20,593 bases of DNA from Microcoleaceae cyanobacterium. Lineage in GTDB: Bacteria > Cyanobacteriota > Cyanobacteriia > Cyanobacteriales > Microcoleaceae. The stretch covers positions 1 through 20,593 of the forward strand of contig JBOFUV010000149.1 of NCBI GenBank assembly GCA_051652765.1, in the 5' to 3' direction. A program made the position numbers and the translations under genes. This document shows positions 15,401-20,593 of the stretch, piece after piece (positions within the stretch are counted from its first letter, which is position 1; every line of letters starts with the position of its first letter). The notes beneath the pieces are model-generated. The model did no database searches. It worked only from the letters and a program-made list of their open reading frames with translations, and had not been told where the DNA came from.

Positions 15401-17218
15401 TTATCGAACCGATGCCATCCAACCAACTAGACCATCAGCTAAAGCAACGGCTAATTTCTGTTGTTCTTCAGGGTTGACAATCCACTCGAACTCTTCCGGA
15501 TTAATCATAAATCCTAGTTCCAACAAGATTGATGGAGCAACCGCCGGACGGGTTAAAGCCAAGTTATTCCAGAACACTCCGTAGGATGGACGGTTTAAGG
15601 TTTCCACCAGATAATGATGCAAAAAGACGGCTAACTGATGGGCTTGCGGATGATACCAAAATAGACCCACGCCCTGGGTTTTGAGGGCATTGCCATTGTC
15701 CGGTAGGGCATTGTAGTGAACTGAAATGGCCAGATCGGGTTCCTGTTCATGAATCAGCCTCACCCGATCTTGAGGGAACAAGTCTTCATCTCCACTGCGG
15801 GTCATCAAGACCTTGGCCCCTCGCGTCACCAACTCCTGTTCTAACAATCGAGAGACAATCAACGTTACATCTTTTTCCGGGTAACCTGTTGGGCCTCTTG
15901 CTCCCAAATCATTTTGACTGCCGTGTCCCGGATCAATCAGAATCACCATTCCCGATAATGGTTTCAGTGCAGGGTCTACCGGGGGATTTTGGGGATTTTT
16001 CAGAGATAGCACTAATGTTGTGCCGTCATAGCGAAGTTTATAACCCCATTGTTGCTGGGTTTTAAAGTGAAAGATATACTGAACCGCATTTTGTTCTGTC
16101 CCCAGGGGAGACAACACGGGTTGCCAATCCATCCGCTCAACCAACGGGTTATCATCAAATCGAATCGTGTCTGTTTGCGCCGTTGTGTTGTGCAAGGTCA
16201 GGGTCAAACTGGTGTCCGTTTGGCTGATACTCACCGGAACTGGAACCTGTAAGGGAAAATAAACCTCTGTCCACTCCCCAGCCTGACGAGACCTCGCACT
16301 GCGAATGAAAGATTGGGGGGGCAGTGCTCCTGTCAAAATTCGGGTTTCATCTGCTTTGATCCAGCCTCCATAGCTGAGACGCAAATAATCCCCCTCTCGA
16401 CCCGTAATCCGATCGCGGGTACCTTTGGGCAAGGGGGTGAGGCGGGAATAAGTGGTACTGGGGCCTGTGCGGGCAACTCCCTCTGGGGCAATCACTTCAG
16501 CAATTTCAAACTGTTGTGGCGAGAGAATGGTAATCGCCCCTGCGGCTTGCTGGGTGACGGTTTCTCCGGCAAGTTGAAGGTGATACTCGGGTTGACCCAG
16601 GCTCAATTGAGGTTGGTTGGCGGGAAAGGGAATCTCTGTTCCAACCTGGGCACAGCCGTGATAGTGTCCGATTGCCTGTTTTACAGGCTGGTTTGTTTCT
16701 GTCAGAACAGCTTTGTTGTCCGGTAACTCCAAGACTTGGGACTGAAAATAAAGGGGAATGCTTTGACCTGCGATCTGCACTGAAACTTGAGCGTTGGGCG
16801 GGGCGATCGCCCTAAAACAGATGGATTCCCCTGGAATACGGGCAATATTAACCATGGGCTGTAAGGATTCTGGCAGGAAGGCAACGCCTTGAGGCCCTTC
16901 AGGTTGATTTGGCAGGCGAGTAATGGTTAAAACCAGTTCCTGATCTTGGTGACGCAAGGTGAAGCGGTTTTCCCCAACGTTTAAAGGCAGGGTCGGGGCA
17001 AAATGTCCAGCAGGGGAGCGATCGCCAACGACTTGATCATTAATAAATACTTCGGCATCTGGAGTAGCCGTACCAATGAAAAAAATCCGGTCAGCATTGG
17101 TTTGATGGTTAGGAGGAGGATAGGCAATATAAAGATCTGGATCAGCCTGATCAGACCAAGCTGGAGAATTCATGGACAGGATAGCAGAGACAAGGGCAAT
17201 CCTAAGGAGCTGTTTCAT
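15401..17218 (-). CDS. N-acetylmuramoyl-L-alanine amidase (Amidase_3), secreted, with N-terminal beta/SH3-like domains
   Basis: Zn/catalytic motifs IDPGHG, EKDVTL, SVHYNA, LLELGF; ARTGPSTTYSRLTPLPKG is SH3b-like; signal peptide MKQLLRIALVSAILSMNSPAWS supports ATG 17218. Confidence 0.9.
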   Translation of the reverse strand: MKQLLRIALVSAILSMNSPAWSDQADPDLYIAYPPPNHQTNADRIFFIGTATPDAEVFINDQVVGDRSPAGHFAPTLPLNVGENRFTLRHQDQELVLTITRLPNQPEGPQGVAFLPESLQPMVNIARIPGESICFRAIAPPNAQVSVQIAGQSIPLYFQSQVLELPDNKAVLTETNQPVKQAIGHYHGCAQVGTEIPFPANQPQLSLGQPEYHLQLAGETVTQQAAGAITILSPQQFEIAEVIAPEGVARTGPSTTYSRLTPLPKGTRDRITGREGDYLRLSYGGWIKADETRILTGALPPQSFIRSARSRQAGEWTEVYFPLQVPVPVSISQTDTSLTLTLHNTTAQTDTIRFDDNPLVERMDWQPVLSPLGTEQNAVQYIFHFKTQQQWGYKLRYDGTTLVLSLKNPQNPPVDPALKPLSGMVILIDPGHGSQNDLGARGPTGYPEKDVTLIVSRLLEQELVTRGAKVLMTRSGDEDLFPQDRVRLIHEQEPDLAISVHYNALPDNGNALKTQGVGLFWYHPQAHQLAVFLHHYLVETLNRPSYGVFWNNLALTRPAVAPSILLELGFMINPEEFEWIVNPEEQQKLAVALADGLVGWMASVR

Positions 17219-17586
17219 TCGTTCTGGGTGGGTATGAATCTGAATCAACACACGCTATGCGATCGCCGCCTTGGATGATGGCCTCCCGTAGGGCTTGATC
17301 GGCTCCATCAATTAAAGCATTAAAGTCGGATGCCGGGTTTGGGATCAAACTATTCACACCTAAACTGTTTAACCGTTGACAGACTTCGTAACCGCTCATG
17401 TCTGGCATCCGGATATCGAGCAGGATGAGATCTGGAGGTTCTGCTTGGGCTGATCGCAAGGCCATTTGACCATTGACCGCCTTGCGAACTTCGTATCCCT
17501 GCTCCAATAACATGCTGGACAAAAACCGCAGGAGGGGTATCATCGACGATGAGAATACTGGCTTTGAGGTCTAGATTTCCGGTCAT
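17202..17586 (-). pseudogene. Remnant of a REC-GGDEF (response-regulator diguanylate cyclase) gene: frameshift plus large internal deletion
   Basis: MTGNLDLKASILIVDDTP shifts frame at ~17532 into LRFLSSML..GYEV....NGQMAL......PPDLILLDIRMPDMSGYEVCQRL, joined at ~17368 to SLGVNSLIP......LIDGADQAL.EA..QG.DRI, which resembles the extreme C-terminus of GGDEF domains. Confidence 0.82.
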
Positions 17587-17687
17587 TTTAGTTCAGAGGT
17601 AATAGTTCATATTTGGTTTGTACCATAGTCCCTCCGCTAACTCACTTGCAAACAAACATTGACTTTGCTAGCGGTACTAATTCTATC

Positions 17688-18434
17688 TTACAGAGTTTGT
17701 CCTACAGGTTTGATGCCGCCAAACAGAGCAATTTCAAATAACTTCATAAAACAGTCTACGTGAGCAAACCCAATCTCTCGGAGCCAATTGCATTGGATTT
17801 CAACCGGAGCAAGAATATTGGCTACTTTATCTGAACGGTTGTAATATTGCCGATCAATTTCTGCTCTCGATTGATAGTTGCCCAATTCTTGATGATAAGC
17901 ATAGAGGGAATCGACAAACAGTTCATCAAAGAGTTTCTCTCCTATTTGAGAGGCAGAAGCAACATGTTCAAGGTTGAGAAAAACACCTCCTGGTGTCAGT
18001 AAGTGATAGATTTCCTGGTAGAGTTCTTGCTTGCGTTGATCAGATTGATGATGAATTGAAAAGCCAGAAACAATAACATCAAAGGGAGCATAAGGTTGAA
18101 CGAGTTCAATCCAATTGGGTGTCCCAAAATCTCCCAGAAAAAATTCAGTAAATTGGTGGGAGGTTTTGGTTTTCTGCTTGGCAGCCTCAATCATTACTTC
18201 TGAAAAGTCTAAAAATATACCTCTTGCCTGCGGATATTGCCTTAAAAGAGTCAACCCCAAAATACCGTCCCCACAGCCCAAGTCCAGGAATGTCTGGATT
18301 TGAGGCTTTGCCATTTGAATAATGCGTGTCATGATTTCAAGTTGCTCACTGGCCAGAGGAATTGCACCTCGAACGCCTTCTAGGAAGGTCTGAGAAAGAG
18401 TCGTTGTCTTCCAGACTTCATCTGTTCTTGTCAT
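17688..18434 (-). CDS. Class I SAM-dependent methyltransferase
   Basis: FLDLGCGDG motif I, LDFSEVMI, FDVIVSGFSIHH, LTPGGVFLNLE. Confidence 0.9.
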   Translation of the reverse strand: MTRTDEVWKTTTLSQTFLEGVRGAIPLASEQLEIMTRIIQMAKPQIQTFLDLGCGDGILGLTLLRQYPQARGIFLDFSEVMIEAAKQKTKTSHQFTEFFLGDFGTPNWIELVQPYAPFDVIVSGFSIHHQSDQRKQELYQEIYHLLTPGGVFLNLEHVASASQIGEKLFDELFVDSLYAYHQELGNYQSRAEIDRQYYNRSDKVANILAPVEIQCNWLREIGFAHVDCFMKLFEIALFGGIKPVGQTL

Positions 18435-18452
18435 GGTTTTTGCTAACAGTTG

Positions 18453-19280
18453 CTAACACTTTAAGGTAATTATTGTAACTTCAGGAGGACAATTCCAGCG
18501 CCCTGGAAAATAAGTTCCTAGTCCTCGGTTGACATACAGAGAATTGCTTCCAACTTGATGTAGACCCGATGCCCACTCCCAATGTTTAAACATTTTTCCA
18601 CAACTCGATTTGATTGGCACTAAAAATCCCAAAGATTTAGGTAAAGTTTTCTTCACTTTTCGCAACCAACCTGGGAGTGCCCCAATACCTGGTAATACAA
18701 TCTGGCCTCCGTGGGTATGACCTGAAAGCTGCAAGTCAACTCGCCACTTTTGGAGGGCATCAGCAGTGTCAGGGTTATGGGATAAAACAATTCGAGGGAT
18801 GTTTTCAGCCACGCTTTCCATGACATCTTTGGGCTGAAATTCTCCTGAAAATAAGTCCGGCAACCCAACCAAAGCCAAGCCTGAACCCAAGGGATAAACA
18901 ACTTCGTTAAATAAAACTTGAATGCCAACTTGCTTCAAAGCATTAACAATTATCTTTTTGGAGTCAGGATAGTGATAGTCATGATTTCCTAATACTGCAT
19001 AAATTCCCCTTCGACTCTGTAATGATTTGAAGTGAATAGCGAGGCGGTCAATGGGGTTGGGATCGTGGGTGACAAAATCTCCGGTGAGTAAGATTAAATC
19101 CGGTTCGGCCTGGTTGGTTACGGCGATCGCTTCTACCAGTAATTCTTCTGAAAGTCGCAAGCCATCATAGTGAAAGTCAGACAGTTGAACGAGACGAGTT
19201 CCGTCAAGGGCAAAGGGCAAATTAGCGACTTGGAGGGTTAAGGAGTCTAGTTTTAGCGGGCCAGTGAGAAACCTGTGCAT
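18453..19280 (-). CDS. Metallophosphoesterase, YkuE/YaeI-like (calcineurin-like)
   Basis: SDFH, TGDFV, LGNHD, SHNPD, SGHTHGGQ, YVNRGLG, CPPEVT. ATG 19280 (MHRFLTGPL) preferred over the ORF-track start at 19367. Confidence 0.92.
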   Translation of the reverse strand: MHRFLTGPLKLDSLTLQVANLPFALDGTRLVQLSDFHYDGLRLSEELLVEAIAVTNQAEPDLILLTGDFVTHDPNPIDRLAIHFKSLQSRRGIYAVLGNHDYHYPDSKKIIVNALKQVGIQVLFNEVVYPLGSGLALVGLPDLFSGEFQPKDVMESVAENIPRIVLSHNPDTADALQKWRVDLQLSGHTHGGQIVLPGIGALPGWLRKVKKTLPKSLGFLVPIKSSCGKMFKHWEWASGLHQVGSNSLYVNRGLGTYFPGRWNCPPEVTIITLKC

Positions 19281-19411
19281 AAACAAAGATTGGAGTTGAC
19301 ACGAGGCAATCTCCAGTCTAGCAATCCGATTGGTCGGACATCCAAGTTTGAGCTGGGGCTGGGACACTTGAAGTCACTAATCTAAACCCAGGGTAAGCTG
19401 CGATCGCGATC

Positions 19412-19441
19412 CTAAATCAATCCTGACTAAATCAATCCTGA
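19412..19441. repeat. Perfect 15-bp tandem duplication
   Basis: CTAAATCAATCCTGA x2. Confidence 0.85.
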
Positions 19442-19685
19442 AAAAACTATAGAGAGGTTTGGTGATGAAGTCCCCAAGCGTGGACAACGCCCCTCCACCC
19501 CCGTCTTACAAATCATTGAGCCCTGCTATATGAAATTATTATTATTAAATGTTTTTTAAAGCTGATCTTAATCCTTTTGAACTGGAGTCGGTTGCCTCAA
19601 ATAAACTAGACTTGAATAAAGTAAACTTAAGTAAACTGAACGTAAACTCTTTGTGGGAATTACGATTCTAAAAGGAACTAAAATA

Positions 19686-20267
19686 ATGGCCTTGACGACC
19701 TCAATCATGTTACCCCTGAGAACTCCTGCACCCAGCTTTCAGCTGCCAGATGTTGTTTCAGGTAAGCTGATTTCTCCAAACCTATTTCCATACCAAAAAG
19801 CTTTTTTGGTGATGTTTATCTGTCGGCATTGCCCGTTTGTTCAGCATGTTCAACATGAATTGGCAAAACTGGGTCAAGACTACCATCGGGAGAATCTGGC
19901 TATTGTTGCAATCAGCTCAAACTCCGTCCAGACTCATCCAGATGATGCACCCCATCAGTTAAAAAAAATGGCTGAGGAGTTGGGATTTAATTTTCCCTAT
20001 TGTTATGACGAAACTCAAACTGTTGCAAAGGCATACATGGCCGCTTGTACCCCTGACTTTTTCCTGTTTGATGGCGATCGCAGACTGGTTTATCGTGGTC
20101 AATTGGATAGTAGTCGTCCGAGCAACGATAAGCCCGCCACAGGAATCGATTTGCGCGCAGCAATTGATGCTGTTTTAGATGATTATCCAGTAGATTCAGA
20201 GCAACATCCTAGTGTAGGCTGTAACATCAAATGGCATCCCGGTTCGGAGCCAAAGTACCATGCTTAA
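19686..20267 (+). CDS. Thioredoxin-like (AhpC/TSA, PRX-like1) redoxin
   Basis: APSFQLPD, MFICRHCPFV, FPYCYDETQ.VAKAY.AACTPDFFLFD, YRGQLD, SVGCNIKW. ATG 19686 follows AAGGA. Confidence 0.9.
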   Translation: MALTTSIMLPLRTPAPSFQLPDVVSGKLISPNLFPYQKAFLVMFICRHCPFVQHVQHELAKLGQDYHRENLAIVAISSNSVQTHPDDAPHQLKKMAEELGFNFPYCYDETQTVAKAYMAACTPDFFLFDGDRRLVYRGQLDSSRPSNDKPATGIDLRAAIDAVLDDYPVDSEQHPSVGCNIKWHPGSEPKYHA

Positions 20268-20300
20268 CTATGCCTAATTTTGCCTAACTATGCCTAACTT
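20261..20300. repeat. Four 10-bp tandem repeats overlapping the redoxin stop codon
   Basis: TGCTTAACTA TGCCTAATTT TGCCTAACTA TGCCTAACTT. Confidence 0.8.
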
Positions 20301-20352
20301 TGAAATGATTCCGTGAGATGACAAGATTACTAGGTGAGATTACTAAGTAAGA

Positions 20353-20592
20353 CTATTCAGCAGGAAGTGGTGTCGCAATAGGAGTTATTGTCGATTCTAC
20401 ATCAAATACATCTCTTAATGCCTCTTTTAGACTGGGTCGCATGATAATTTTGTTGCCGATGACGACAACCACACGGGCAAGAGTAGGCAGACTATTTTCA
20501 GAGGCTTCGATATAAATAGGCTCTACATATAGCAAAGATCTTTCAATCGGAATTACCAGCAAATTTCCTTGAACTGCTCTTGAACCTTGGCG
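20353..20592 (-). CDS. UPF0182-family membrane protein, C-terminal fragment (gene runs off the window)
   Basis: The frame is open to the window edge: [43 protein letters not shown] matches the UPF0182 C-terminal pattern (GNLL..P....LYVEP.Y......P.L.RV). Confidence 0.85.
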   Translation of the reverse strand, partial: RQGSRAVQGNLLVIPIERSLLYVEPIYIEASENSLPTLARVVVVIGNKIIMRPSLKEALRDVFDVESTITPIATPLPAE

Positions 20593-20593
20593 A

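Larger units (their letters stand above)
9..20081. repeat. Dispersed HIP1 octamers (GCGATCGC)
   Basis: About 22 copies counted by eye, e.g. 9, 1143, 2458, 6183, 6410, 7201, 7440, 9755, 11038, 11191, 11964, 12548, 12936, 13558, 14087, 14658, 16803, 17018, 17259, 19123, 19400, 20074. Confidence 0.9.

Noticed and set aside
515..18928. Many 60-175 aa alternative-frame and antisense ORFs in the ORF track (e.g. 7724-8251, 12057-12536, 12346-12783, 16313-16726)
   Set aside because: All overlap well-supported genes and show no recognisable motifs; treated as shadow ORFs.
19528..19560. AT-rich TGAAATTATTATTATTA as a Fur/Zur/PerR box
   Set aside because: Fits the 7-1-7 consensus only with a gap; ATT microsatellite-like sequence matches such boxes by chance.
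17600..19680. Visibly more AT-rich segment as a recent horizontal insertion
   Set aside because: GC content was not computed, HIP1 sites are present (19123, 19400), the genes are common cyanobacterial families, and no mobility genes or flanking repeats are seen.

Overview
Cyanobacterial chromosomal DNA: the HIP1 octamer GCGATCGC occurs about once per kb. The left ~11.3 kb looks like a general-stress or dehydration-type island. It holds a CHASE3-PAS histidine kinase, an Rcp1-like response regulator and a REC-kinase relay, convergent with a YhdF/GSP39-type SDR. It also holds an unannotated, decayed rubredoxin gene, a hydrophilic hypothetical protein, and a divergent run of DUF2267, a ferritin-like/hemerythrin protein, a cytoplasmic alpha-amylase and a large-subunit catalase (KatE). 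The right part is mostly common cyanobacterial genes: an LRAT-domain protein with a PspA-like tail, an alpha/beta-hydrolase apparently lacking catalytic residues, a STAS anti-anti-sigma factor that seems to start at ATT, Mini-III, rlmB, an amidase, a collapsed REC-GGDEF pseudogene, a SAM methyltransferase, a metallophosphoesterase, a thioredoxin-like protein and the 3' end of a UPF0182 gene. Several intergenic hairpins and short tandem repeats are present. I saw no rRNA, tRNA, CRISPR array or transposase. All family calls come from motif recognition by eye, not from database searches.
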